A stretch of DNA of 64,000 bases from Eubacteriales bacterium (GCA_045595785.1 JAZOBE010000037.1:18973-82972); one strand, 5' to 3'; shown: positions 27,537 to 37,135, numbered from the stretch's first letter. The notes: generated by a model not told the origin, from the sequence alone. A program made the numbers and translations.

Positions 27537-29615
27537 TTATTCGTCGGAGGCGTTTCTCTTTGCTTCCTCGACTACTTTCTGAACGATGTTGGAAGGAGCT
27601 TCCTCGTATCTAAGGAACTCAAAGGTGTATACGCCTCTGCCCTGAGTCATAGCACGGAGCTGGATAGCGTAGGTGCTCATTTCAGCGGAGGGAACCTCTG
27701 CCTCAACGATGGTGTAACCCTTACGGTCGGGAGACTGATCGGTACCTGCAATTCTGCCGCGGCGCTTGTTAAGATCGCCGATGATATCACCCATCATATT
27801 ATCGGGGATAAGAACGCGGAGCATACCTACAGGCTCAAGAAGAACGGAGTTGTCCTTAAGACCTTCCTTGAATGCAAGGTTTGCAGCAAGCTTGAAGGAC
27901 ATTTCGGAAGAGTCAACGTCATGGTAAGAACCGTCAAACAGGTTTGCCTTAAGACCAATAACGGGATAGCCTGCAAGAACACCCTTCTGCATGGATTCCT
28001 GAAGACCCTTTTCAATTGCGGGGAAGAAGTTCTTGGGAACTGCACCGCCGACAACAGTCTCGGTAAAGAGGAGACCGTCTTCGTCGTGACGGGAGAATTC
28101 GATCTTAACGTCACCGTACTGACCGTGGCCGCCGGACTGCTTCTTATGTTTACCCTGAACGGACTTGGGACGCTTAATGGTCTCTCTGTAAGCTACCTTA
28201 GGAGTATCCAGATCAACGCTGGTGCCGAAGCGGTTCTTAAGCTTGCTTACGATAACGTCAAGGTGCATATCGCCGAGACCGAACAGACACATCTGCTTGG
28301 TTTCTGCGTTGTTTACGTATTTAACGGTAAGGTCTTCCTCAAGAAGCTTGGAAATACCGGAGGAGATCTTGTCCTCGTCGCCCTTTGCCTTGGGAACCAG
28401 AGCCATGCTCAGATAAGGGGTGGGGAACTCTACGGGCGCGTAGGCCATACCAAGCTGAGCGTTGGTGGAAAGAGTATCGTTGGTATTGGTGTTTGCAAGC
28501 TTTACGGTTACGCCGATATCACCGAAGCAAAGCTCGTCAACATCAGTTTCCTTCTTACCTGCAAGAGTAACGATACGTGCGATCTTTTCAGTCTGACCGG
28601 AAGAAATGTTGGTGAGAACGGTATCCTTCTTAAGAGAACCGTTGAGCACCTTGAAGTAGCTCTTCTTACCGAACTGGTCAGCAACAGTCTTGAATACGAA
28701 TATAGAGGTATCACCGGTCTCCTGAGAAGCAACTGCCTTCTTGTTGCCCTCGCTGTCGATCATGGTTTCATCATGACGGTCGCTGGGAGAAGAGAAGGAA
28801 GCGGCGATAACGTTCATAAGGGTTCTTACGCCTGCGAGAGTGAACGCAGAGCCGGAGAATACGGGAGCGATGGTACCGCTGATAAGACCTGCGTTCATAG
28901 CAGTGGTCTTTTCATCAATAGTAAGAGATTCTTCGTTGAAGAGAACCTTTTCAATAAGCTCGTCAGAAGTTTCTGCGAGAGATTCGTCCAGCATCTTCTT
29001 GTATGCATCTACGGTATCCTGCATATCTGCGGGAAGAGTTGCGGGGTTGGGCTTGCCGCTCTTATCAAAGGTGAAAGCTTCTTCGGTAAGAAGGTTATAG
29101 AAGCCCATGTCTGCCTTACCCTCGTGATAAGGTACGAATACAGGACATACGGTGTTACCGAACAGATCACGCAGCTGACCGAACACACGCTCAAAGTTTG
29201 CGTTTTCATCGTCCATCTTATTTACGAAGAACGCCTTGGGAAGCTTGCCTGCAAGATCCCAGCAAAGCTCGGTACCAACCTTGGGACCGGACTTACCGTC
29301 TACTACCAGAACAGCGGTACCGACAACGCGGAGCGCCTGTCTTACTTCACCAACGAAATCGAAGGTGCCGGGAGTATCCATAAGGTTGATCTTTACACCC
29401 TGCCACTCAAAGTTAGCAAGAGATGCGGAAACGGATATATTACGTCTTATCTCCTCGGGATCATAGTCCATTACGGTGTTGCCGTCTGCAGTCTTACCGA
29501 GACGGTCAGTCACCTTGGACAAATACAGCATGGATTCGGCAAGAGAAGTCTTACCGTCGCCGCCGTGACCCAGCAAGCAGATATTACGAATTTTGTCAGA
29601 AGTATATTTTGCCAT
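27537..29615 (-). CDS. Elongation factor G paralog (EF-G2 / FusA-like)
   Basis: GHGGDGKT, DTPG, NKMD, GDMHLD, YRETI, KKQSGGHGQYG, DGSYHDVDSSEMSF; divergent G1 and switch I. Confidence 0.92.
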   Translation of the reverse strand: MAKYTSDKIRNICLLGHGGDGKTSLAESMLYLSKVTDRLGKTADGNTVMDYDPEEIRRNISVSASLANFEWQGVKINLMDTPGTFDFVGEVRQALRVVGTAVLVVDGKSGPKVGTELCWDLAGKLPKAFFVNKMDDENANFERVFGQLRDLFGNTVCPVFVPYHEGKADMGFYNLLTEEAFTFDKSGKPNPATLPADMQDTVDAYKKMLDESLAETSDELIEKVLFNEESLTIDEKTTAMNAGLISGTIAPVFSGSAFTLAGVRTLMNVIAASFSSPSDRHDETMIDSEGNKKAVASQETGDTSIFVFKTVADQFGKKSYFKVLNGSLKKDTVLTNISSGQTEKIARIVTLAGKKETDVDELCFGDIGVTVKLANTNTNDTLSTNAQLGMAYAPVEFPTPYLSMALVPKAKGDEDKISSGISKLLEEDLTVKYVNNAETKQMCLFGLGDMHLDVIVSKLKNRFGTSVDLDTPKVAYRETIKRPKSVQGKHKKQSGGHGQYGDVKIEFSRHDEDGLLFTETVVGGAVPKNFFPAIEKGLQESMQKGVLAGYPVIGLKANLFDGSYHDVDSSEMSFKLAANLAFKEGLKDNSVLLEPVGMLRVLIPDNMMGDIIGDLNKRRGRIAGTDQSPDRKGYTIVEAEVPSAEMSTYAIQLRAMTQGRGVYTFEFLRYEEAPSNIVQKVVEEAKRNASDE

Positions 29616-29662
29616 TACAATTTTTCCTCCGTATAATGTTTACGTTAAAAATCTAACAATTT

Positions 29663-29691
29663 ATTATATAATAATATTCCAAATTATTCAA
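29663..29691 (-). promoter_or_regulatory. sigma-A promoter of the EF-G paralog
   Basis: TTGAAT-17 nt-TATAAT. Confidence 0.65.
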
Positions 29692-29755
29692 GAGTCTTTT
29701 TTGAGCATACAGCTGTTGAGAATGTAAATTCGAAAAGATGTTTTTTGTGCAAATG

Positions 29756-32263
29756 TTACAAAATCGAGGATAGCAGCCATACAGGAAGCACCCAAGCAAG
29801 CTGGAACAGCACGGTATACAACGAAGTGATACCGGTGGTATCCCCTGCGAATATCATAAACGCGGCGGCAGCCAGAGACAATACTGTGCCGATGACGCAT
29901 ATCATACCGTTGCTCTTTATAATGTGATGAGTCTTATCACATAAAGCAAACGTACGCAGGAAGGTATGCAGACCCGCGTTGGTTACAACGCCGGAATCTA
30001 TCTCCTTGGTGACCTTGGTCATATCCTCGGGGTTGCCTGCCTTAAGTATTGCGATGGGGCATTTTTTATACTTGATGCCGTTTGCCAACAGCTCATTATT
30101 GATATTGGGGTCAAGGGTCTTGATACCTACGCAAAGGCCGGACTTATTCATATCTCTGAGCAATTCATCAAACAACGGATTTATGGAATATTTGATATAC
30201 AGCTTGACTGCAAGACGGTCGCCTACAGTGACAAACATAACCGAGCCGACGCTGTTTTCGTACATATCGTCAATCTCATCCTTGGGAGCCTCAAAACGGT
30301 AACGGCGCATATACGCACGCTTGCCGATGAAATACTCCTTGCCGTCAACTACCACGCGGAGTCCGTCGGAAGCGGATTCCAGCAATCTGATATACTGAGC
30401 AGGCTCTACCGGCTCGGTAATAGTGGAAGCCAGCACCTTCTCAAGAGGACCGCCGACATAATTGAAAATACGAGACAGCTCAATAAGCACACGGTCGATG
30501 CGGAAATCTCCGTAGGTTCTGAAGCTGGTTATCTTTACAAGATTGGGAGGATATACCTCGGTATCCGCAAAGGAGATAACCGAAGCATCCGAATATTCCT
30601 CTGCTACGGCAGGGCCTATAAAGCAGGAGGAGGAACGGTTTGCTCTGCGGTTTGCAGTGCAAAGAGGCATTGCGATAATAAAGAATGAAGACAGAGGCAA
30701 AGCTACCGCTAATGTGAATACCGCACTGTTAAGCGAGGTGAGTCCATCGTTACCCATAATGGCCTGAGCCGCAAATACTGTGATAGCCGCTACGATAACG
30801 AGGGGAAGCAGAAAGTTGAACAGATCCTCACTCTTGGGACGCTTGTTAAGACGGGCAAAAAATCCGCTTACAAACTTGGTCTTGCGAACGGTATAAATAT
30901 CACTATCCTCAAGGAGGTAGGAATAAAACTCGTCAGATTCACGGGAAGCGCCGCTTAACTGTGCCGCCGCATATTTGCTTCTGGCGGAAGCGATGACCTT
31001 AAAGCAGGCAAAATCCTTTTTCGCAGTCATATAATTAATAAGCGCGGAGCACACACCGCAAATGGCTGCGGTAAGATTGAAAAGCTGAAGATTGGGATCG
31101 GTAGGTGCCATAAACAGTCTGGCAATACAATATCCAGCAGACGCAATAAACGAGAAGAAGAACACGCTGTCAGCGTTGAGGTTGAAGGTAAAAAGTCCCT
31201 TTGCACCCTTTTCGAGAGAGGGAAGCAAAGCCATACCAAGGAAGCACAAAAGCTGAAGATCTGCAAGTATATAAAGTATACCGTATCTTCCCTGGCTCAA
31301 ATAAATTGAATATCCCGCGCCGCCCTTGGTGGCAAGCTCGAAATACACAATACCCAAGGTTATAAGTATTGCCAGCATCAAACGGCGGAAAGAAGTGCGT
31401 ATTCCGCGCTTCATAAGACGATTGACCTCGTTGTTCTGGGCACGGTCGGTATACTCGTACTCACCGGACTCGGTCTTCATATCCTTTTCCACGTTGCGCT
31501 GCAGCTCACGGAACTCCTCAGGCACTTCGTCACTATCGGGATCGATATCACCGATAGCCACCTTGATTCGAAGGTCCTTGGTGTCCATAAAATGACCGCC
31601 GACAGATATATCATCGCCGTTTTCGGAAACGATGGAAAGCTGAGTGCTCTCCTCTTCGTCCTCAAGACCTATCTTGCTGTTTACCACACGCTCGGAAAGT
31701 CCGGCATAATCATCGTCAAATACTGCGGTAGAATGCTCGTCCTCCTGAGGAGGCATAGTGTCTCCCATAGGGAACAGCTCTTCCTGCTTATATTCCACAG
31801 GCTTTTCTACCGTCTCCGGCTCCATAAAGTGAGACGTATCTATTTCTGCAGGCTTTCTCTCTGCCTGACCGATAGTATCCACGGTAGCACGGTCGATAAG
31901 TGCGAACAGCTCGTCCGCCCTGCGGCTCTTCATAGGCTTGTCTTTATTGCCGTAATAATAATTTTTCAATTCCGCATCGTCCTCCATGCGCGCCTCAAGC
32001 GCTTCACGGAGACCCTGGGTAGCGGACTTTTGGTCCTGAACCTTTACGCGGGTGGAATACTTATCTATAATGTCCTCTGTCTCGGTTCTTGTGGGGACGG
32101 GCTCATCAACAGACTTGGTCTTCTCAAGCAGGCTCTCACCGCTTGCGGAAGGCTTGTAACCGCCGGTAGGCTTGGGGATATGACGGGCGGAATCGTTTTC
32201 CGCAGAGGCGTTCTGAAGACGTTTAAGTATCTCTTCTACGCTGGATTCGTTTCTCTCGCTCAT
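29756..32263 (-). CDS. Large membrane protein with degenerate P1B-type ATPase-like architecture
   Basis: Acidic N-terminal region, multiple TMs, AVALPLSSFFIIAMP where CPC is expected, VISFADTEVY where VVFDKTGT is expected; start set at ATG 32263. Confidence 0.65.
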   Translation of the reverse strand: MSERNESSVEEILKRLQNASAENDSARHIPKPTGGYKPSASGESLLEKTKSVDEPVPTRTETEDIIDKYSTRVKVQDQKSATQGLREALEARMEDDAELKNYYYGNKDKPMKSRRADELFALIDRATVDTIGQAERKPAEIDTSHFMEPETVEKPVEYKQEELFPMGDTMPPQEDEHSTAVFDDDYAGLSERVVNSKIGLEDEEESTQLSIVSENGDDISVGGHFMDTKDLRIKVAIGDIDPDSDEVPEEFRELQRNVEKDMKTESGEYEYTDRAQNNEVNRLMKRGIRTSFRRLMLAILITLGIVYFELATKGGAGYSIYLSQGRYGILYILADLQLLCFLGMALLPSLEKGAKGLFTFNLNADSVFFFSFIASAGYCIARLFMAPTDPNLQLFNLTAAICGVCSALINYMTAKKDFACFKVIASARSKYAAAQLSGASRESDEFYSYLLEDSDIYTVRKTKFVSGFFARLNKRPKSEDLFNFLLPLVIVAAITVFAAQAIMGNDGLTSLNSAVFTLAVALPLSSFFIIAMPLCTANRRANRSSSCFIGPAVAEEYSDASVISFADTEVYPPNLVKITSFRTYGDFRIDRVLIELSRIFNYVGGPLEKVLASTITEPVEPAQYIRLLESASDGLRVVVDGKEYFIGKRAYMRRYRFEAPKDEIDDMYENSVGSVMFVTVGDRLAVKLYIKYSINPLFDELLRDMNKSGLCVGIKTLDPNINNELLANGIKYKKCPIAILKAGNPEDMTKVTKEIDSGVVTNAGLHTFLRTFALCDKTHHIIKSNGMICVIGTVLSLAAAAFMIFAGDTTGITSLYTVLFQLAWVLPVWLLSSIL

Positions 32264-32283
32264 TGTCTGTGTTACTCCCCCTT

Positions 32284-33045
32284 TCAATGTCTTTGGCGCG
32301 CCGCTTCAAACAGCATTACTGCGGCGGCGGCAGATACGTTAAGCGAATTAAGCTCACCGTACATAGGTATGGATAATACAAAATCGCCTTTTTCTTTTAC
32401 TATTCTGGATACGCCCTCACCCTCACTGCCGAGCACGAAGGCTATACCGCTATCATCAAATTTCTCACCGAAATAAGGCTTTCCGTTTGCCTCAAGAGCA
32501 TACACCCACACTCCCCTGCTCTGAAGCTCAGCTATGGCGGCGGCAATATTGCCCACTCTTACCACGGGAACTCTGAACAAAGCGCCTGCAGATGATTTTG
32601 CAACGGTGGAAGTGAGAGATACCGAACGGTGCTTGGGAATAATGACGCCGTGTGCACCTGCGCACTCTGCGGTACGTATTATAGCGCCCAGATTATGAGG
32701 ATCGTTAATGCAATCGCAAACCACAAAAAAGGGCTTTTCGTTCTTCTTTGCTGCAGCGGCAAACAGATCGTCAAGAGTTGCATAAACCGTCTCCGGCACA
32801 GAGGCGGCAACACCCTGATGCACTGCACCGCCGGAAATAGTATCAAGCCTTGCGCGGTCAGTCTCCACAATAGGAATACGTCTTGCAGACGCCTTGCCGA
32901 CGATTACCTTGATACTGCCCTCGACAGCACCCTTCTGAACGTATATTTTATCTATGTCTCTTCCCGAAGCAAGCAACTCAAGCACAGAGTTTCTGCCCCA
33001 AAAGATACCATCAAAACCGCTGGCGCGTCCGGAATCTTCTCGCAT
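32284..33045 (-). CDS. rlmB: 23S rRNA (guanosine-2251-2'-O)-methyltransferase, SpoU family
   Basis: DPHNLGAIIRTA, GSEGEG, SLNVSAA; start could be 33045 or 33054. Confidence 0.92.
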   Translation of the reverse strand: MREDSGRASGFDGIFWGRNSVLELLASGRDIDKIYVQKGAVEGSIKVIVGKASARRIPIVETDRARLDTISGGAVHQGVAASVPETVYATLDDLFAAAAKKNEKPFFVVCDCINDPHNLGAIIRTAECAGAHGVIIPKHRSVSLTSTVAKSSAGALFRVPVVRVGNIAAAIAELQSRGVWVYALEANGKPYFGEKFDDSGIAFVLGSEGEGVSRIVKEKGDFVLSIPMYGELNSLNVSAAAAVMLFEAARQRH

Positions 33046-33173
33046 AACAAACATACCCCTTTCGGTATATATACCTATTCCAAAATATTATATCATAAAA
33101 AAATCGGTTTGCCAACAGTAATTTTATATTTTTTACATTAATATTATATATTTCTTTGCAAAAAGCACGAAAT

Positions 33174-33203
33174 AAAAACCGCCCTGCGAAGAAGCAGGGC
33201 GGT
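33174..33203 (-). terminator. Terminator of the surface SGNH protein gene
   Basis: ACCGCCCTGC / GCAGGGCGGT stem followed by T5 on the minus strand. Confidence 0.8.
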
Positions 33204-33214
33204 AAAACAAAAGC

Positions 33215-35134
33215 TTACGCTTTCTTTTTCTTTGTAAACACTGCAATAAGCACAGCGAGTGCTCCAAGCACTGATACGATTGCGGCGGCGATATATCCGC
33301 CGTTTCCTCCGTTTTCGGAAGAAGCTTGGGAATCGTTGGCAGAAGAAGATACATCGGAAGCATCGGGAACATCGGAAACATCGGAAGGCTCGGAAACTTC
33401 GGATTCATCGGAAGGCTCGGAAACGTCTCCGCCCTCGCCGGAGTTACCGTAAACGGAGATCTCACTTAACCAAAGGAAGGTTCCGCCTATAGTATACTGA
33501 AGTCTGACGTATCTCGCCTGTACGGTCTCGTCAAGAGTGATAACGTAATCTCTGTTGTCCCAGCCGCCGTTGACTTCCATTTCGCCTCCGGAAAGCTCAC
33601 CCACCTCGGTAAAGCTTTCACCGTCAACGGAAACGAGCAGTTTTACGGTAGAATCCGCAGTAGAGGGAATACCCCAGGAGGTGTTTCCGAAAAGGTCGGT
33701 AGACACGTATTTTACTTCGGACACCGTACCCAGATCTATGGTAACGGAGGTATTATTGCCCTTGTAGCAGCCACATTCGCCGTTATCTCCCGAAGGAGCC
33801 AAAAGACCATTGGTAAACTTGCCGATACAGCTTCCATCCTCTGCGGTATCGGTCCAGGATGCATTGGTGTAGACATCGCCATCGGAAACGTAAGGTTTGT
33901 TGAGAGAAAGATTTTCATAGGTAACGCCGTTTATTTCGATTTTGGAGATATCCATGTCACCGGGATAAGGATAACCCTCTTCTACTATCACAGCCGCCAT
34001 TTCCTGAAGTGCTTTTGCTGTAGCTTCGGGAAGATTTGCGGTATACGTATTTCCGCGAGGGTCAATATCAAGATAAGAATACAGCCAAGAACAAGCTATA
34101 AGATAGCTGCCCTCATAGGAATGATGTCCGCCGTCATCTGCAAAAAGATTGATTTCGGGATGGTCCTCAATGCACTTAAGGAAGGAGCTGGACGCAGGCG
34201 CGTACTCTATATCAAATTTCTGAGAAAGTCTGGAATAATGGGAGTAATGCTTATAGAAGGAAGCAACTCTCGTTTCGGGGTCAAGGTCGTTGGAATAGCG
34301 CATATAGAGAAGAGGTGTTGCGCCGTTTTCCTTAATGAGAGGAAGTATGGTAGCAACTGCCGCCTCGCTGTCGTAATAGCTTGCGCCTGCCGCGTCCTGA
34401 AGCACTACGTAATCGTATTCCGTAAACTGAAGCATATTGCGGAGCTTTTTACCGCGCTCGTGAGTTTCATCGGCAAACTCGTGAAGGAATGCACTTCCGA
34501 AGGTGCAATAATCAACGTCAACCTCAACGCCTGCCGCCTGGCACAGACCTTTGAATTTAATGGGAGTTCCGTTGAAATAGGTAGTGCTGTTGCCTACAAA
34601 AAGGAACTTGACCGCATCCTTTGAAGGCTCAACGGGATTGTTATAGGCTATGCGCAATTTGGAAGTATTAGCGTTATACTCGCCGTAAACGGGATACAAT
34701 ATCGACATGGTGGCGTTGTACAGCATGGCGCCTTCCATGGCGGTGGTAAAGCATTTGGAAAGTCCCGAGGGAGCACCGGAGGTATAGGCAACCAAAAATC
34801 CGCCTGCAGGCACTTTTACAGTAAGCTGGGGAGAACCGTTCACTCCGTTTTCGTTAGCAAGAAGCTCTCCGCCCGCCTCAATAAGAACGCCGTCCTTATC
34901 AAATATAAGCACCTTGGCATAGCGGAAATTATATTCGCTGGCGCCGATAACACGGACTTCATCGGTGTTATTCGGATACACAAACACTCCGCCGGAGGAA
35001 GTCTTTACGTCTACTCCTGTAACGGAATACGTCTCGTCAACATCATACTTTTCGTCGGCTGCAAAAACGCCCACAGTGCAAAGAGATGTACCCAGCAAAA
35101 CAGACGCAAGCAAAATGGCAAGCTTCTTTTTCAC
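33215..35134 (-). CDS. Secreted, C-terminally anchored SGNH-hydrolase protein with an F5/8-type-C-like carbohydrate-binding module
   Basis: Signal peptide; FLFVGNS, VVLQD, DGGHHS triad motifs; VTIDLG...ARYVRL...LSEISVYG beta-sandwich; S/D/E linker, TM and KKKKA tail. Confidence 0.75.
   Translation of the reverse strand: MKKKLAILLASVLLGTSLCTVGVFAADEKYDVDETYSVTGVDVKTSSGGVFVYPNNTDEVRVIGASEYNFRYAKVLIFDKDGVLIEAGGELLANENGVNGSPQLTVKVPAGGFLVAYTSGAPSGLSKCFTTAMEGAMLYNATMSILYPVYGEYNANTSKLRIAYNNPVEPSKDAVKFLFVGNSTTYFNGTPIKFKGLCQAAGVEVDVDYCTFGSAFLHEFADETHERGKKLRNMLQFTEYDYVVLQDAAGASYYDSEAAVATILPLIKENGATPLLYMRYSNDLDPETRVASFYKHYSHYSRLSQKFDIEYAPASSSFLKCIEDHPEINLFADDGGHHSYEGSYLIACSWLYSYLDIDPRGNTYTANLPEATAKALQEMAAVIVEEGYPYPGDMDISKIEINGVTYENLSLNKPYVSDGDVYTNASWTDTAEDGSCIGKFTNGLLAPSGDNGECGCYKGNNTSVTIDLGTVSEVKYVSTDLFGNTSWGIPSTADSTVKLLVSVDGESFTEVGELSGGEMEVNGGWDNRDYVITLDETVQARYVRLQYTIGGTFLWLSEISVYGNSGEGGDVSEPSDESEVSEPSDVSDVPDASDVSSSANDSQASSENGGNGGYIAAAIVSVLGALAVLIAVFTKKKKA
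33341..33425 (-). repeat. Imperfect 9-bp coding tandem repeats (SEP/SDV linker)
   Basis: Plus-strand units catcggaag, catcgggaa, catcggaaa, gctcggaaa; encode EPSDESEVSEPSDVSDVPDASDV. Confidence 0.6.
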
Positions 35135-35195
35135 GGCAAAAAACCTCCTGAATTTTGATAAGAAAATAATAACACATTACACGATACTTGTCAAC

Positions 35196-35223
35196 AAAAA
35201 ACAGCACCCCCGAAGGAGTGCTG
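35196..35223 (-). terminator. Terminator with UUCG loop
   Basis: Minus strand CAGCACTCC-TTCG-GGGGTGCTG-TTTTTT. Confidence 0.8.
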
Positions 35224-35233
35224 AAATTCAAAA

Positions 35234-35980
35234 TTACTGTTCAATGTTATTACTGCCAATATCCACAATCAAATCAATCAAACCAGTGGCGTTTTCATCG
35301 CAAATCGCGCGATATTGTTTTTCGAGTTCCACCTCATCGCGGTCAATTCTTTCAATTTCAATGATTGCAAAATCTCTAAGCATGAATCCGATTTTCTGTG
35401 ATATTTCAGACAGAAGATTGCCTTGTTCAACAGTTGCATTGCATTCTCCAACAAAATCCTTAATCGGTGTTTCAAAGCCGAATATAGGCTTTGCTGCTTC
35501 TATTATCAGATCTTCGCAAGCGTCTTCTTTCAAGTTTTGCACTTCATCACAATAATCACGTAAAGCTGTATTCTCAATTAATTTGAGAAAATCTTCACGA
35601 GAATCTGCTAAAAGTAGTTTAGCGTAATATAAATTTTGAATTTTCGAAAAAGCACCCACTTCTCGGAGCTTATCGTTTCTTTTGCAAATATCGCCTACCG
35701 TCAGAGAATTTTCAAAAAAAGTTTTAGCTTCAATCGAATAACTTTTCGTGTTTATCGTTCCATCAAATTGTGACTGCCCTGCTTCAAAAACAAGCGCAGT
35801 AGTGCATTCAAACCACGATTCCTTTATGTGACACCATGTTATTTTAATATAGCTTCCATCTTCGCAAACATGCAGAAGTAAGTCCTCGTTTGATACAGCA
35901 GTTCTAACAGCAAACACGCTCACATAAATTGCGCTTAAAGCTAATGCGATAATGAGAGAAAATGCTATAATCTTTTTCAT
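35234..35980 (-). CDS. Hypothetical secreted protein, AT-rich
   Basis: MKKIIAFSLIIALALSAIYVSVFA signal peptide; AAAGGA RBS; no family recognised. Confidence 0.65.
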   Translation of the reverse strand: MKKIIAFSLIIALALSAIYVSVFAVRTAVSNEDLLLHVCEDGSYIKITWCHIKESWFECTTALVFEAGQSQFDGTINTKSYSIEAKTFFENSLTVGDICKRNDKLREVGAFSKIQNLYYAKLLLADSREDFLKLIENTALRDYCDEVQNLKEDACEDLIIEAAKPIFGFETPIKDFVGECNATVEQGNLLSEISQKIGFMLRDFAIIEIERIDRDEVELEKQYRAICDENATGLIDLIVDIGSNNIEQ

Positions 35981-36111
35981 TATTATTTCCTTTTTCAATC
36001 CAGCATACGGACATTTTTTATTTAAGCTTAGTGTTTTAAGCTAGATGCCCCTATTCACATCCAAATATAGTCTTGGGTACCCGAAACTTTAGTACCTACG
36101 TTACCCACGCT

Positions 36112-36222
36112 GCTATCCGCCGAACTGCCATTCCATTCGGCCGCCAAAACAGGAGCCACAACCGGAACGAGAAGCACAAAGACTAAGAGTAACGAAACGA
36201 CAAAACGAAATGATTTTTTCAT
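36112..36222 (-). pseudogene. Remnant of a secreted-protein gene (signal peptide plus about 9 residues)
   Basis: MKKSFRFVVSLLLVFVLLVPVVAPVLAAEWNGSSGG*; AAAGGCGG RBS; a shifted frame continues 19 codons to 36054. Not in the ORF track. Confidence 0.55.
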
Positions 36223-36238
36223 CCGTTACGTACCGCCT

Positions 36239-37135
36239 TTACTCGCCACAAGTGTGACAGGCTAACGCTTTGCATTCTTCTCCACACTGATGACATCTGG
36301 TGTCGTGGAGATAATTCACACAAGTGCCATTAGTGCCATCACCTTTACGATGACCGCAATAAGGACACCATTGGTTGATATACGCGTTGTACACTTGCTG
36401 GGCGGACCACGTAAAGCCATAATCCGCTGCGGTATAAGTGCCGTTACCATTAGCGGTAAACGGGACAGTCAAACCACTTTTTATAATGACAACCTCATAA
36501 CCCACCTCTGCGGTTTCAAGCATCTCCAGAGTCAGCAGAGCTTTGGCTTCCTCATAAGAGGTAACAGTCTCCTGTTTGCCGTTCACCACAATCTCGACAG
36601 GCGTATCGCCTTTAACAACGGTTTCCTCTTTCGAAGTTTCATCCTTTGAAGTCTCGTCTTTGGAGGTCTCTTCTACCTTGCTTTCTTCGTTAGGCTGGTT
36701 AGGCTTCACGATTTCGCTCGGAGTAGACGTATCTTCCGGTTCGGAAGGCTCGTCAGGCTGAGAAGGTTCTTCGACCTTGGAGGTTTCAGAAGGGTCAGAC
36801 GATTCATCCGAAGGAGGGTCTGAAACATCGGGAGCCGTTGAGGTTTCCACCTCAGAGGTCTCAGGCTCGGAAACATCGTCCTCTTCCGCAGGGGTCGAGG
36901 TTTCAGGCGCGGGGTCCTTCGAAGTGTCAGAAACATCCACAAGGGATTCCTCCACTTCGGAAGCGTCGGAAGGCTCCGACACCGTGCTTTCGTCAACGTC
37001 AGAGGATTCCGAATTCTCAGTAGAAATATCAGTAGAGTCTTCGTTGGACGAAGTACAACGCACCACTGCGATTGCGCTAACCGCGCAGACTATGAGCATA
37101 GCAGCAATAACCGCCACAAGTGTTTTATTGTTCAT
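36239..37135 (-). CDS. N-terminally anchored protein with acidic Ser/Glu/Pro/Thr stalk and 8-Cys C-terminal domain
   Basis: One N-terminal TM; ETSKD repeats; tail WCPYCGHRKGDGTNGTCVNYLHDTRCHQCGEECKALACHTCGE; start ATG 37135 is uncertain. Confidence 0.75.
   Translation of the reverse strand: MNNKTLVAVIAAMLIVCAVSAIAVVRCTSSNEDSTDISTENSESSDVDESTVSEPSDASEVEESLVDVSDTSKDPAPETSTPAEEDDVSEPETSEVETSTAPDVSDPPSDESSDPSETSKVEEPSQPDEPSEPEDTSTPSEIVKPNQPNEESKVEETSKDETSKDETSKEETVVKGDTPVEIVVNGKQETVTSYEEAKALLTLEMLETAEVGYEVVIIKSGLTVPFTANGNGTYTAADYGFTWSAQQVYNAYINQWCPYCGHRKGDGTNGTCVNYLHDTRCHQCGEECKALACHTCGE

Noticed and set aside
27516-29636. 706-aa plus-strand ORF
   Set aside because: Antisense shadow of the EF-G paralog; no motifs or RBS, and explained by codon bias on the coding strand.
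33341-36800. Short tandem repeats as CRISPR or VNTR contingency loci
   Set aside because: They are imperfect in-frame 9- and 15-bp coding repeats of linker regions with no spacers; no cas genes in the window.
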